DNA of 64,000 nt from positions 6,275 through 70,274 of the forward strand of contig CAVRBS010000011.1 in assembly GCA_963719235.1 (NCBI GenBank), written 5' to 3'. The notes under the pieces are model-generated. The model made no database searches and was not told the origin of the DNA. It saw only the letters and a list, made by a program, of their open reading frames with translations. A program made the translations under genes and the position numbers. The stretch is from an uncultured Bacteroidales bacterium. GTDB lineage: Bacteria; Bacteroidota; Bacteroidia; Bacteroidales; VadinHA17. This document shows, piece by piece, positions 50,882-62,100 of the stretch (position 1 is its first letter; the number at the start of each line of letters is the position of its first letter).

Positions 50882-53800
50882 ATGAAAAATAGAAAATACA
50901 ACTATTCTGTAATTGCTCTTTTAACAGCAATTATACTTGTATGGACATTGAGCTGTACAAGAGATTATAATGAACTGGAACTGGCTAAATTCCCAAGTAT
51001 ACCTGAAGTATTTATTGACGGTTTCAGCCAGGGATTGAATTACGCTGCCTTTGGTGGCAGCAAGGTTACTGCTTTTGATGTTGACAAGGATGTAAGATAC
51101 TCAGGGTCTGCTTCCATGAAGATTGAGGTACCCGACGCTGGAGATCCTATGGGAGCTTATGCAGGCGGCGTATATTATACCAGCATGGGACGAGACCTTA
51201 CTGAATTTACCGCTCTTACTTTCTGGGCAAAAGCATCAAAATCCGCCACAATCGCACTTGTAGGTTTCGGCAATGATCTTGGAGAATCGAAATATCTCGT
51301 TTCCCTGAAAGATGTTGCTGTAAACACTAACTGGCAGAAATACATTATCCCGATACCCGATGCTTCAAAACTAACACAGGAAAGAGGTATGTTCTATTTT
51401 TCCGAAGGTCCTGAAGACGGAAATGGTTATACTATCTGGTTTGACGAAGTGAAGTTTGAAAACCTGGGTACCATAGCCCATAAACAACCTGAGATTCTTA
51501 ACGGGGATGATAATGTCGAATCAGCGGTAAACGGATTGAAGTTCCCGGTAACCGGATTGAGTGTTTCCTTCAATATGCCAACCGGCATTGACCAGTCAGT
51601 CATTACCGCACCTGCATACTTCGTATTTTCTTCATCAAATACCGGTGTGGCAACAGTGGATACCCATGGCTGGGTAACGGTTCTGAGTGCCGGCACTTCT
51701 GTCATTTCTGCCACTCTTGGAGGTGCTGATGCTGACGGTTCATTAACTGTTCAATCATCGGGTGACTTCACTCATGCACCTGCTCCTACAGCAGAACCGG
51801 AGGATGTGATTTCAATTTTCAGCAACGCCTACACAAATGTGCCGGTCGATTTTTACAATGGATACTGGCAACCATACCAGACAACAACATCAGCAGACTT
51901 TACAGTCAATGATGATGATGTCCTGGTTTATGCCAATTTCAACTTCGTGGGGATACAGTTTACAGCTCCAACCATAAATGCATCGGATATGACGCACCTG
52001 CATATGGATGTGTGGATACCAAATGCAGTAAGTCCTTCAGATAAATTATCTGTCAAGCTGGTTGATATGGGACCTGATGGTACTTTAGACGGTAACGATC
52101 CTTCAATCACCTATGCAATTCCCGGCCCGCTCGTTTCTCAAAGCTGGATCAGCGTGAACATAAGCCTGTCCGGCTTATCAAGCAAGAGCAGGCTGGCTCA
52201 GATTATTCTTGAGAACCTGGGAACACAACTCTCAGGCTTCTATCTTGACAATATTTATTTATATGGTAATGGAGGTGCTTCAGGGACAATGCCAGCCGTA
52301 GCAGCACCAACACCACCGGCAAGAGATGCTGCTGACGTGATTTCCATCTACGGTGATGTCTATACTAACCTGCCAGGTACCGATTACCCATTCTGGGGAC
52401 AGGCTACAGTGGTTTCTGATGTGGTAATAGCAGGTAACAATACCCTGAAGTTTGCGGGTCTGAATTTCCAGGGTATTCAGCTGGCTGCCAGCCAGAATGT
52501 CACAGGAATGCAATATTTGCATCTGGACTTCTGGACAGCAAACTCAACTGACCTCAAGGTATTTTTAATAAGCACCGGCCCGGTTGAAAAGGCTCATGTC
52601 CTGACTGTGCCGACAACGGGCTGGTCAAGCGTTGATATACCCTTATCAAACTTCTCACCGGTGAATCTGGCAGATATCATTCAGTTTAAATTCGAGGGAA
52701 ATGGTGATATTTATCTGGACAATATATATTTCTATAAAACCGGGGGAGGAACAACCGGACAGCCAACCACTGCCGCACCCATACCACCCGCACGCGACGC
52801 TGCTGATGTAATTTCATTGTTCAGTAATGTCTATGCCAATAAGACGGTTGATGCCTGGTCAGCAGTATGGGATGATTCTGACGTTGCAGATCTTCAGGTT
52901 GCCGGTGATGATGTGAAGAAATACACATTTACGAATTTTGCCGGGATTGATTTCAGCAATCATAAATTTGATGCCTCGGGAATGACACGCTTCCATATGG
53001 ATATCTGGACGCCAAATGAAGTATTGAATAAATCACTGACGGTGAAATTGGTTGATTTCGGAGGCGGCATCGCAGAAGCTACAAATTGTATTCTTACAGT
53101 TGTCCATACGAGCAGTGGTGGCATACCTGCCCTGGCAACAGGTGCATGGGTCTCAATTGACGTACCTTTCACGGCTTTTACAGGCAACATTACAAGGTCA
53201 GATCTCGCACAGATAGTCCTTTCATGTAACCTGAGCACTGTTTATATTGACAACCTCTATTTCTATAAAACCAGTGGTGGGACCGCCACGGAACCTACCG
53301 CGGCAGCCCCCACACCACCGGCAAGAGATGTCGCCAATGTAATTTCACTGTTCAGCGGTGCTTATGCAAATGTAACTGTTGATACCTGGAAGACCGACTG
53401 GTCAGCGGCAAACTATCAGGAGGTAACCGTTGCCGGAGATCCAACGAAGAAATATTCAGCGCTTGACTTTGTTGGGATAGAAACAGGGTCTGCTCCCATA
53501 AATGCAACAGGCATGACCCATGTTCATCTTGATGTCTGGTCAGCCGACATCACCAATTTCGGTGTCAAGCTGGTTGACTTTGGTGCAAACGGGGTATTCG
53601 GGGGAGGTGATGATGTGGAGCACCAGGTCAATTACGCCTCACCTGCCAAGGGTGAATGGGTGAGCTATAACATCCCGCTGAGTGATTTCACAAACCTGAC
53701 AACCAGGGCTCACCTGGCACAGTATATCCTTGTAGGTCAGCCATCGGGAGCAACAACCATCTGGGTTGATAATTTCTATTTTTACAAGGATGGTGGCAGT

Positions 53801-54859
53801 ACCGCCACTGAACCGACTGCAGCAGCCCCGACACCACCTGCCAGAGATGCCGCCAGTGTAATTTCAATGTTCAGCGGTGCCTACACCAATGTGACTGTAG
53901 ATACATGGAAGACCGACTGGTCAGCGGCAACATATGAGGAGGTTACTGTTGCCGGAAATCCAACGAAGAAATACTCGGCGCTTGACTTTGTCGGGATAGA
54001 AACAGGGTCTGCTCCCATAAATGCAACAGGCATGACCCATATTCATCTTGATGTCTGGTCAGCCGACATCACCAATTTCGGTGTCAAGCTGGTTGACTTC
54101 GGGGCTAACGGAGTATTCGGGGGAGGTGACGATGTGGAGCACCAGGTCAACTACGCCGCACCTGCCAAAGGTGTATGGGTGAGCTATAACATCCCGCTGA
54201 GTGACTTCACAAACCTGACAACCAGAGCTCACCTGGCACAGTATATCCTTGTCGGTCAGCCATCGGGAGCAACAACCATCTGGATTGACAATATCTATTT
54301 TTACAATGATGGAGGCGGCGGCGGCCCAACCGGACCAACTGCAGCCGCTCCTACGCCACCTGCACGGAATGCTGCCAATGTGGTTTCTGTTTACAGTGAT
54401 GCCTATACTCCCATTACTATAAATAATTTTGATGCCGGATGGTGCGGAGGCAGCGCAGTCACGCAGGTTACGGTAGCCGGGAATAATACACTGAAAAAGA
54501 ATGCCGGAATAGACTGCCAAGGCATAGATTTTTCCGCTAACAGGCAGGATCTGTCTACATTCACACATATCCATTTCGATCTGTATACTGATGACACAAA
54601 CCTGACAGGGGATGTATTCAATGTGAAACTGGTTGATTTTGCAGGCGGAAGCGGTGAAGCCTCTGCCCTGGAAGTAAATATCAATACAGGAACAACACCG
54701 GCAATAGTTGCAGGCCAATGGGTCTCCGTGGATATTAATATTACTTCCCTGGGAGGGGTTGTCACGGGTAACTTAACAAGAAGTAATGTTGCCCAAATTG
54801 GGATTACAACTGCCAACCTGACCAATGTATGGTATGATAATATTTATCTCTGGAAATAA
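50882..54859 (+). CDS. Surface lipoprotein (1325 aa) with an N-terminal CBM-like domain, a Big_2 Ig-like domain and six tandem ~170-aa putative glycan-binding modules
   Basis: Lipobox VWTLSC. Big_2-like SSSNTGVATVDTHGWVTVLSAGTSVISATLGG. Six modules each open with AP(T/I)PPARDAADVIS(L/I)(F/Y)S and end with (Y/W)(L/I/V/Y)DN(I/L/F)Y(L/F)(Y/W). Confidence 0.65.
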   Translation: MKNRKYNYSVIALLTAIILVWTLSCTRDYNELELAKFPSIPEVFIDGFSQGLNYAAFGGSKVTAFDVDKDVRYSGSASMKIEVPDAGDPMGAYAGGVYYTSMGRDLTEFTALTFWAKASKSATIALVGFGNDLGESKYLVSLKDVAVNTNWQKYIIPIPDASKLTQERGMFYFSEGPEDGNGYTIWFDEVKFENLGTIAHKQPEILNGDDNVESAVNGLKFPVTGLSVSFNMPTGIDQSVITAPAYFVFSSSNTGVATVDTHGWVTVLSAGTSVISATLGGADADGSLTVQSSGDFTHAPAPTAEPEDVISIFSNAYTNVPVDFYNGYWQPYQTTTSADFTVNDDDVLVYANFNFVGIQFTAPTINASDMTHLHMDVWIPNAVSPSDKLSVKLVDMGPDGTLDGNDPSITYAIPGPLVSQSWISVNISLSGLSSKSRLAQIILENLGTQLSGFYLDNIYLYGNGGASGTMPAVAAPTPPARDAADVISIYGDVYTNLPGTDYPFWGQATVVSDVVIAGNNTLKFAGLNFQGIQLAASQNVTGMQYLHLDFWTANSTDLKVFLISTGPVEKAHVLTVPTTGWSSVDIPLSNFSPVNLADIIQFKFEGNGDIYLDNIYFYKTGGGTTGQPTTAAPIPPARDAADVISLFSNVYANKTVDAWSAVWDDSDVADLQVAGDDVKKYTFTNFAGIDFSNHKFDASGMTRFHMDIWTPNEVLNKSLTVKLVDFGGGIAEATNCILTVVHTSSGGIPALATGAWVSIDVPFTAFTGNITRSDLAQIVLSCNLSTVYIDNLYFYKTSGGTATEPTAAAPTPPARDVANVISLFSGAYANVTVDTWKTDWSAANYQEVTVAGDPTKKYSALDFVGIETGSAPINATGMTHVHLDVWSADITNFGVKLVDFGANGVFGGGDDVEHQVNYASPAKGEWVSYNIPLSDFTNLTTRAHLAQYILVGQPSGATTIWVDNFYFYKDGGSTATEPTAAAPTPPARDAASVISMFSGAYTNVTVDTWKTDWSAATYEEVTVAGNPTKKYSALDFVGIETGSAPINATGMTHIHLDVWSADITNFGVKLVDFGANGVFGGGDDVEHQVNYAAPAKGVWVSYNIPLSDFTNLTTRAHLAQYILVGQPSGATTIWIDNIYFYNDGGGGGPTGPTAAAPTPPARNAANVVSVYSDAYTPITINNFDAGWCGGSAVTQVTVAGNNTLKKNAGIDCQGIDFSANRQDLSTFTHIHFDLYTDDTNLTGDVFNVKLVDFAGGSGEASALEVNINTGTTPAIVAGQWVSVDINITSLGGVVTGNLTRSNVAQIGITTANLTNVWYDNIYLWK
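53282..54319 (+). repeat. Tandem duplication of a 519-bp (173-aa) module inside the lipoprotein gene
   Basis: 53282-53800 versus 53801-54319 is roughly nine in ten nucleotides identical by eye, with identical runs of 48 and 58 nt. About 15 of 173 aa differ. Confidence 0.85.
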
Positions 54860-54867
54860 TATTAATT

Positions 54868-54907
54868 GGCTGAGGTTTCAGTTTTCCGGAACCCTGAAAC
54901 CTCAGCC
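54868..54907 (+). terminator. Perfect 14-bp stem-loop after the lipoprotein gene (no U-tract)
   Basis: GGCTGAGGTTTCAG (54868-54881) / CTGAAACCTCAGCC (54894-54907). Confidence 0.5.
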
Positions 54908-54951
54908 TGATTAAGAAACAAGAGTTTATAATTAAGATAAAATCAAAGAAT

Positions 54952-55758
54952 ATGAAACCTGTAATTTCAGAATATATTAAAGGCACCCTGGTCCTGGCAC
55001 TCCTCTTAATTCTGGGCGGATGTGAGAATAATACGGGACTTGAAGATCGCAACTATCAGCTTGTCTGGCAGGATGAGTTCGAAACCAATGGAGCCCCGGA
55101 CGGATTAAAATGGGCTTACGACCTCGGAGGCGGTGGCTGGGGCAATAATGAACTTCAAACCTATACAAATAATCCTGAGAATGTTATCATCGAGGATGGA
55201 TCCCTCAAAATAACCGCAATCAATAACGGTGGTTCCTACACCTCAGCAAGGATTAAAACGCAGGGGTTATTTGATCAGGCCTACGGCCGTTTCGAGGCAC
55301 GTATAAAACTGCCATGGGGGCCCGGGATATGGCCTGCATTCTGGATGCTGGGATCCAATATTGAAACTGAGCCATGGCCTCAATGCGGTGAGATTGATAT
55401 AATGGAATACCGGGGGCAGCAACCAAGCCTTGTTTATGGCAGTGTTCACGGACCAGGATACTCCGGAGGTGCAGCCATAACAAAAGGCTACGGCCTTGAT
55501 AATAGCAGGTTCGATGTTGATTATCATATCTTTGCCATAGAATGGGGAGTTGATTTCATACAGTATTTTGTCGATGACGTACTTTATCAGGAGATTAATC
55601 CGGCTGACGTCACTGGCGAATGGGTATACGATCATCCTTTCTTTATGATACTGAATGTGGCTGTGGGAGGTAACTTTGTAGGATTCCCTACACCCGATAC
55701 CCCATTCCCCCAGACAATGTACGTTGACTGGGTACGGGTTTACGAGGAAGTCGAATAA
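54952..55758 (+). CDS. GH16 endo-beta-1,3-glucanase (laminarinase-type) lipoprotein
   Basis: Lipobox LILGGC. Catalytic ExDxxE as GEIDIMEY. Typical GH16 blocks WPAFWMLG and FFMILNVAVGG. Confidence 0.9.
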   Translation: MKPVISEYIKGTLVLALLLILGGCENNTGLEDRNYQLVWQDEFETNGAPDGLKWAYDLGGGGWGNNELQTYTNNPENVIIEDGSLKITAINNGGSYTSARIKTQGLFDQAYGRFEARIKLPWGPGIWPAFWMLGSNIETEPWPQCGEIDIMEYRGQQPSLVYGSVHGPGYSGGAAITKGYGLDNSRFDVDYHIFAIEWGVDFIQYFVDDVLYQEINPADVTGEWVYDHPFFMILNVAVGGNFVGFPTPDTPFPQTMYVDWVRVYEEVE

Positions 55759-55876
55759 ATCCTTTTCATGATTATGCGAAAGTCTGATTCAGAATAAAAA
55801 ATCAGAAAAGATAATATATATTAGTCTCTGTAGAAATATTAAACGTTGTCTGCAAACATATCATAATAATAATCAT

Positions 55877-57307
55877 ATGGGTCAATATCAAACAGCCGCT
55901 AGAGACAAGGTGCCATTTACACAAAAGGCTGCATTTGGTGCCGGGCACCTGGTAAACAACCTGTTACCGGGTTCACTGGGAATATTTATGTTTTTTCTGC
56001 TTACAGCCTTTGGGATGGATCCGTTTCTGGCAGGCCTGCTGGGTGGTCTGCCCAGGCTGTATGATGCCATTACCGACCCCATAATGGGATTTATCTCAGA
56101 TAATACAAAATCAAGATTCGGACGCAGAAGGCCCTATATCTTCGCAGGGGCCATATTGAGCGGAGTGCTGTTCGCCGTTTTGTGGCAACTGTATCCTCAT
56201 AATTCACAGATGTACAATTTCTGGTACTTCCTCATATTTTCCCTGATTTATTTAACGGGCAATACCATCTTCTCAACCCCCCTGATCGGACTGGGATATG
56301 AAATGAGTTCTGACTACAATGAGCGGACCCGGCTGATGGCATTTTCGCAAACTTTCGGACAGGTTGCATGGATGATTGTACCATGGTTCTGGGTTTTGAT
56401 TGCCAACCCTAACCTTTTTGAGACACAGGCAATAGGTGTCAGACGTCTTTCTGTGGTTGTAGGAGCAATCTGTATTGTTCTGGGTGTATTGCCGGCAATA
56501 TTCTGCAGAGGTATTGATGCCTCAAAAATGGAGAACAGAAAGGAGATAACATTCAAGACCCTTCTTTCAAATCTGACAGACCTGATCAGGGGAATTGGCC
56601 TGGTTTTCAAAAACAAACCCTTTGTGAAACTCTGTGCTGCCACTTTCCTGGTATTCAACGGCTTTCAGCTCGTGGCTTCATTCAGTTATTTCATAATCGT
56701 ATTTTATTTATTCAAGGGCGATTATGGTCTGACCGGCAACTGGCCTGCATGGTTCTCCACAGCATCCGCAGTAACCACTGCATTCCTGGTCATTCCGGTT
56801 ATTTCCGCTATTGCTAATAAAGTGGGCAAGCGCAACGCCTTTATCATTTCCACGGCAATCTCCATCGTGGGCTACGCCTTGAAATGGTTTGGGTTTAACC
56901 CTGAGAATCCCTGGCTGATGTTTATGCCTCTTCCCTTAATGGCTTTTGGTATTGGCGGATTGTTTACGTTGATGATGAGCATGACAGCCGATGTGTGTGA
57001 CCTGGATGAACTGAGTAACGGCATGCCACGCAAAGAGGGAACATTTGGCGCCATCTACTGGTGGATGGTAAAACTGGGCCAGGCGATTGCCCTGGTACTG
57101 GGCGGACTGGTACTGAAGCTGGTTGGCTTTGATCAGAATGCAGCTATCCAGTCGGCAGAAACAATTATCAGGCTTCGTATTGCTGATATAGCTATTCCTG
57201 CACTTACTGCATCCATAGCCATAATTGTGATGTGGAAATACGACCTTACTGAAGAAAAAGCCCGTGAAATCAAAACAGAACTCGAAGCAAGACGAGGAGT
57301 GCTTTAA
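55877..57307 (+). CDS. MFS transporter, GPH family (oligosaccharide:cation symporter)
   Basis: GPH loop motif DPIMGFISDNTKSRFGRRRPY. About 12 hydrophobic segments. Confidence 0.85.
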   Translation: MGQYQTAARDKVPFTQKAAFGAGHLVNNLLPGSLGIFMFFLLTAFGMDPFLAGLLGGLPRLYDAITDPIMGFISDNTKSRFGRRRPYIFAGAILSGVLFAVLWQLYPHNSQMYNFWYFLIFSLIYLTGNTIFSTPLIGLGYEMSSDYNERTRLMAFSQTFGQVAWMIVPWFWVLIANPNLFETQAIGVRRLSVVVGAICIVLGVLPAIFCRGIDASKMENRKEITFKTLLSNLTDLIRGIGLVFKNKPFVKLCAATFLVFNGFQLVASFSYFIIVFYLFKGDYGLTGNWPAWFSTASAVTTAFLVIPVISAIANKVGKRNAFIISTAISIVGYALKWFGFNPENPWLMFMPLPLMAFGIGGLFTLMMSMTADVCDLDELSNGMPRKEGTFGAIYWWMVKLGQAIALVLGGLVLKLVGFDQNAAIQSAETIIRLRIADIAIPALTASIAIIVMWKYDLTEEKAREIKTELEARRGVL

Positions 57308-57369
57308 TCAAAGTTGATTTGTTGAGATCTGTTTGATGTAATGCTAATTATCCTCCAAATACTATTCAT

Positions 57370-59040
57370 ATGACAAACCGGACCGTGCATCTTTTAATCT
57401 TGTTGTTGACTGCAGCCGTAATGCAATCATGTAATTCCAGGGAATCCATGCTTACTACACAGAAAATCTACATCACATCCGAGAGCGGCGATAAAATGTC
57501 AGAACAGGAAAATGTCCGCTTTATCAGGGGCAAGGCAAAAGGGACTGTGTTAACTGTAAATCCCGATTCCGTTAAGCAGACAATGGACGGCATCGGGTCA
57601 TCCTTCACGGAATCATCTGCATTCGTTCTCTCCCATCTGGAACCCTCAAGGCGCATGGAAGTCATGGAGGCAATCTTTGGCCAGAATGGAGCTAATTTTT
57701 CCCTGACGAGAACCCATATCGGCGCATGTGATTTCTCCGTCAAAGGCAAATATTCGTATGCAGATAAACCCGGAGATAAAACACTGAACTCATTCAGCCT
57801 GAAACCTGACATGGAGGGATTCAGCAAGACCGAATACCCGGGAGTGACAGATGAGAAGTATGACCTGTTGCCGATGATAAGGGAGGCACTAGCCATAAAG
57901 AACAATCAGAATGATAAGGAACTGAGAATAGTCGCCTCAGCCTGGACAGCCCCGGCGTGGATGAAGGATATAAACGACTGGTACATTACAGGTGCCCCTG
58001 AGAATAATTACCAGGGTACAGGCGGTTCACTCAAGAGGGAGTACGAAGAAACCTATGCTGATTACCTGATTAAATACCTCGACGCTTACAGGGCAGAAGG
58101 TGTTGACATCTGGGGAATTACTCCCGTAAATGAGCCCCACGGAAATAACGGACAGTGGGAAAGCATGAATTTCACTCCCGAAACCCAGAACGAGTTTATC
58201 AGGAAATACCTGGGCCCCAAACTGATAAATGGCAACAATGCCGATGTCAAACTTCTTATTTATGACCAGAACAGGGATGGCCTTGAGCACTGGACAGATG
58301 TAATCCTTGGTGACAGTGAGACCGCAGCTTATGTTTACGGCACTGCAGTTCACTGGTATGAAAGCACATTCATGGTTTATGAAGACGTTTTTGACAGGGT
58401 TGCCGAAAAATTTCCTGACCATGCCATTATCCACACAGAGGGTTGCATAGACGATCTTGGCAAGCCCGCACCGCAAGGAATCACAGACCCTGTTAAATTT
58501 CAGGAAACAGACTGGTTTGACAACGATTCCTTCTGGTGGAACGATAACGCTACCGACTGGGCATATACGGCTACCTGGCAAGGAGTAAAAAGCGAGGATC
58601 ATCCGATCTATGCGCCAGTACATCGCTATGCGAGAAATATTATAGTCAGTATCGACCACTGGCTCAGAGGGTGGATAGACTGGAATGTCGTACTGGATCA
58701 TAATGGCGGCCCAAACCATGTTGGCAATTATTGCGGTGCACCCATTATGATAAATACGGAAACAGGGCAGGTTTACTACACACCTATCTACCATATACTC
58801 GCCCAGTTCAGCAAAACAATCAGACCGGGTGACAAGGCAGTTAAAACATCCATGATCCTGGAGGGTCCGGCAGAGGATGATCTTTATGCATGCGCAACAA
58901 TAAATAAGGATAATCTGCTCAGCGTGCAGGTGCTTAACACAAGCAGCGAAAAGATCCCGTATCAGATCGACATAAAAGGCAGGCAGGCAGAGATTACTAT
59001 TGACGCCAATGCCCTACAAACGATACAGGTTCAGCTATAA
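57370..59040 (+). CDS. GH30-family glycoside hydrolase lipoprotein (beta-1,6-glucanase / glucosylceramidase-like)
   Basis: Lipobox VMQSC. SAWTAPAWMK. Acid/base ITPVNEPH. Nucleophile IIHTEGC. Confidence 0.8.
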   Translation: MTNRTVHLLILLLTAAVMQSCNSRESMLTTQKIYITSESGDKMSEQENVRFIRGKAKGTVLTVNPDSVKQTMDGIGSSFTESSAFVLSHLEPSRRMEVMEAIFGQNGANFSLTRTHIGACDFSVKGKYSYADKPGDKTLNSFSLKPDMEGFSKTEYPGVTDEKYDLLPMIREALAIKNNQNDKELRIVASAWTAPAWMKDINDWYITGAPENNYQGTGGSLKREYEETYADYLIKYLDAYRAEGVDIWGITPVNEPHGNNGQWESMNFTPETQNEFIRKYLGPKLINGNNADVKLLIYDQNRDGLEHWTDVILGDSETAAYVYGTAVHWYESTFMVYEDVFDRVAEKFPDHAIIHTEGCIDDLGKPAPQGITDPVKFQETDWFDNDSFWWNDNATDWAYTATWQGVKSEDHPIYAPVHRYARNIIVSIDHWLRGWIDWNVVLDHNGGPNHVGNYCGAPIMINTETGQVYYTPIYHILAQFSKTIRPGDKAVKTSMILEGPAEDDLYACATINKDNLLSVQVLNTSSEKIPYQIDIKGRQAEITIDANALQTIQVQL

Positions 59041-59168
59041 ACCCGGCAACAGTCACTCATTTTCAGCGCAGGTGTTATTTCTCCCGGATCCTCATTGTTA
59101 ATTATTATTTGTAATTTTTGAGCGTCATAATATTGTTGGAATGTGCACATTGTAAGCAATAACAGGAA

Positions 59169-62100
59169 ATGGAGATGAAAAATATATATATCGGTAATAC
59201 AAGTTTACAGGAAAATCCGGCAGAGACAGAGGGCCAGATAGTTGAAATTGAAGATGAGAAGTACTACAGGATAAGTAATTATCATCTTATGCCCGATTTT
59301 TTCATTACCATTGTCAGTGACTCCGACCATTGGATGTATATCTCCAGCAACGGATCACTGTCCGCAGGCCGAAAAAACCGCGATAATGCACTCTTCCCCT
59401 ATTACACCGTTGATAAGATTCATGATTACCGTGATAAAACCGGCAGTAAGACCGTTTGCCTGGTTTCAAAAGACAATCGGACTTACCTGTGGGAACCATT
59501 TGCCTACGATTTTGAAAAATTCTACAGGATCGAGAGAAATCTCTATAAGAGCATTTTCGGCAATAAGATAATATTTGAGGAACGGAACCTGGATCTTGAA
59601 GTAAGTTTCAGCTATGGCTGGTATAACAGCGAAAAGTACGGATGGATAAAAAAGTCAAGCCTGAATACCACTTGTGAAACAGATGTAAAAATCAACATAC
59701 TTGATGGGATAAGGAACATCCTCCCCTACGGAATTGATTTTGCCTTTCAAAACGAATACAGCAACCTGCTGGAGGCATACAGGAGAAATGAACTGCTTTC
59801 TCAAAGCAAACTGGGATTGTATGTGTTGAGTTCCATCCCGACAGATACCGCCGAACCCAGTGAAGCACTAAAAGCAACAACAGTATGGGCTGTAGTGGAA
59901 GGTTTAGATGCCAGATACCTGGTATCTGACAAGCAACTTGAGTATTTTAAAACCGGAGGTGAAATCAGAACCGAATCGGAGGTTTTTGCATCGCGTGGAG
60001 CATATTATATAATTAATGAGTACCGGCTCGTAAAGAATCAGGAGAAATGCTGGTACATAATCGCTGATGTAAACAAGGACTCCAAAGATGTTATTAATCT
60101 GGATGCCTATATAAAGGGTGAGAAGAATCACGCTCTTAAGCTGAAAGAAGATATTGCAGCCGGTACCCTGAAACTGGTTAAGATTGTTGCCGGAGCTGAT
60201 GGTTTGCAGATGGGGAATGACGGATTGATCAATGCACGTCACTTCTCAAATACACTCTTTAATGTAATGAGAGGCGGGATATTTTCAGATAATTACCGTA
60301 TAGATACAGATGACTTCAGGCAGTTTGTACAACATTGTAACAGGGAGATCAGCGGGCAATTCGATGCAGAACTGCACAACCTGCCGGATGAAATTAATTT
60401 CGACGAACTCCTTGCCCTGGTTAAAAGCATGGGAAGCCCCGGACTGGAAAGGATTTGCTATGAATATCTGCCATTAACCTTCAGTCGCAGGCATGGTGAT
60501 CCAAGCCGGCCCTGGAACCAGTTTTCCATAGAAACCAAGAAGGCTGATGGCACCAAAAAACTGGATTACCAGGGGAACTGGCGCGATATTTTTCAGAACT
60601 GGGAGGCATTGACCCTGTCATTCCCGGAGTATATTGAATCGGTGATATGTAAATTCGTTAACGGCTCTACAGCTGACGGATACAACCCTTACAGGATATC
60701 CAGGGCAGGGTTGGACTGGGAGCGCCCCGACCCTGACCATCCATGGGCACATATCGGATACTGGGGCGATCACCAGATTATCTATCTGCAGAAATTTCTG
60801 GAGCAATCCCATAACTTCCACCCGGGAAAGCTTGACGAACTGCTTACCAGGAAAATCTTTGTCTACGCCAACGTACCCTACAGGATAAAAACCATTGGCC
60901 AGATCATAGAAGATCCCAAGAATACTATCCTTTTCGACACCGGCCTGAACAGCAGGATTGAGGCTTTAGCTGCCAAAAAAGGGTCTGACGGCAAATTGCT
61001 TACATTGAAGACAGGCGAGATATACAGGGTAACCCTGATGGAAAAAATTCTCTGTTCCCTGCTCTCCAAATTGAGTAATTATATCCCCGAGGCAGGCATA
61101 TGGCTGAATACACAGCGTCCCGAGTGGAATGATGCAAACAATGCACTTGTAGGCAACGGAGCCTCTATGGTTACGCTGTGTTACCTGCGGAGATCACTCG
61201 GCTTCTGGGAAAAAATACTGGATCGATCAACAATCAGCGGGTTTGATTTATCAGAAGAAATCGTAACATTTTTCGAGAAGATTTATCCGGTTTTCGCTGA
61301 TAACAGGCATCTGATTAAAAAAGGATTTTCCGACCACGACAGGTACATTTTTGCCACGGAGCTTGGAAAAGCAGGGAGCGAATACAGGGAATCTGTCTAC
61401 AAACACTCATTCTCCGGAAAGGTATCTGGGCTGAGCGCCGGACGTCTAAAGGAGTTTATCCGGAATGTTCTTGACTTCATAGATCAGTCTATAGATAAGA
61501 ACAGGCGTCAGGATGGACTGTACCATTCCTATAACCTGGTATCCTTCAATGGTGACAGGGTTACGGTAAGATCATTGTATGAAATGCTCGAAGGTCAGGT
61601 CGCAGTTTTAAGCTCGGGGTATATAGTCACTGATGAAAGTCTCAGGGTCCTGGATGCTTTGAGATCAAGTAAACTTTACAGAAGTGACCAGGACAGTTAC
61701 CTGCTTTATCCTTTTCGGGTCCTGCCGAAATTCACCGAGAAGAATAATATCCCTCATGAAAAAGTATTTTCATCAAAATTGCTTGGAAAATTACTGGATG
61801 ACAACAACAACGCTTTCATTAACAGGGATGAAATCGGAAATTACCATTTTAACGGAACCTTCAGGAATAATGGGATGGTATCTCTGGCACTCGAAAATCT
61901 GGACAGGAAACAATATGGCGCACTGGTACGGAAAGAGAGAGAATTAATCCTGGATATTTATGAATCCGTCTTTGACCATCAGTCATTTACCGGACGGTCC
62001 GGCACCTTCTATGGTTATGAAGGCCTGGGCAGTATTTACTGGCACATGGTATCCAAGCTTCTGCTGGCAACCAGGGAAATATACCGGTCCGGAGAAGAGA

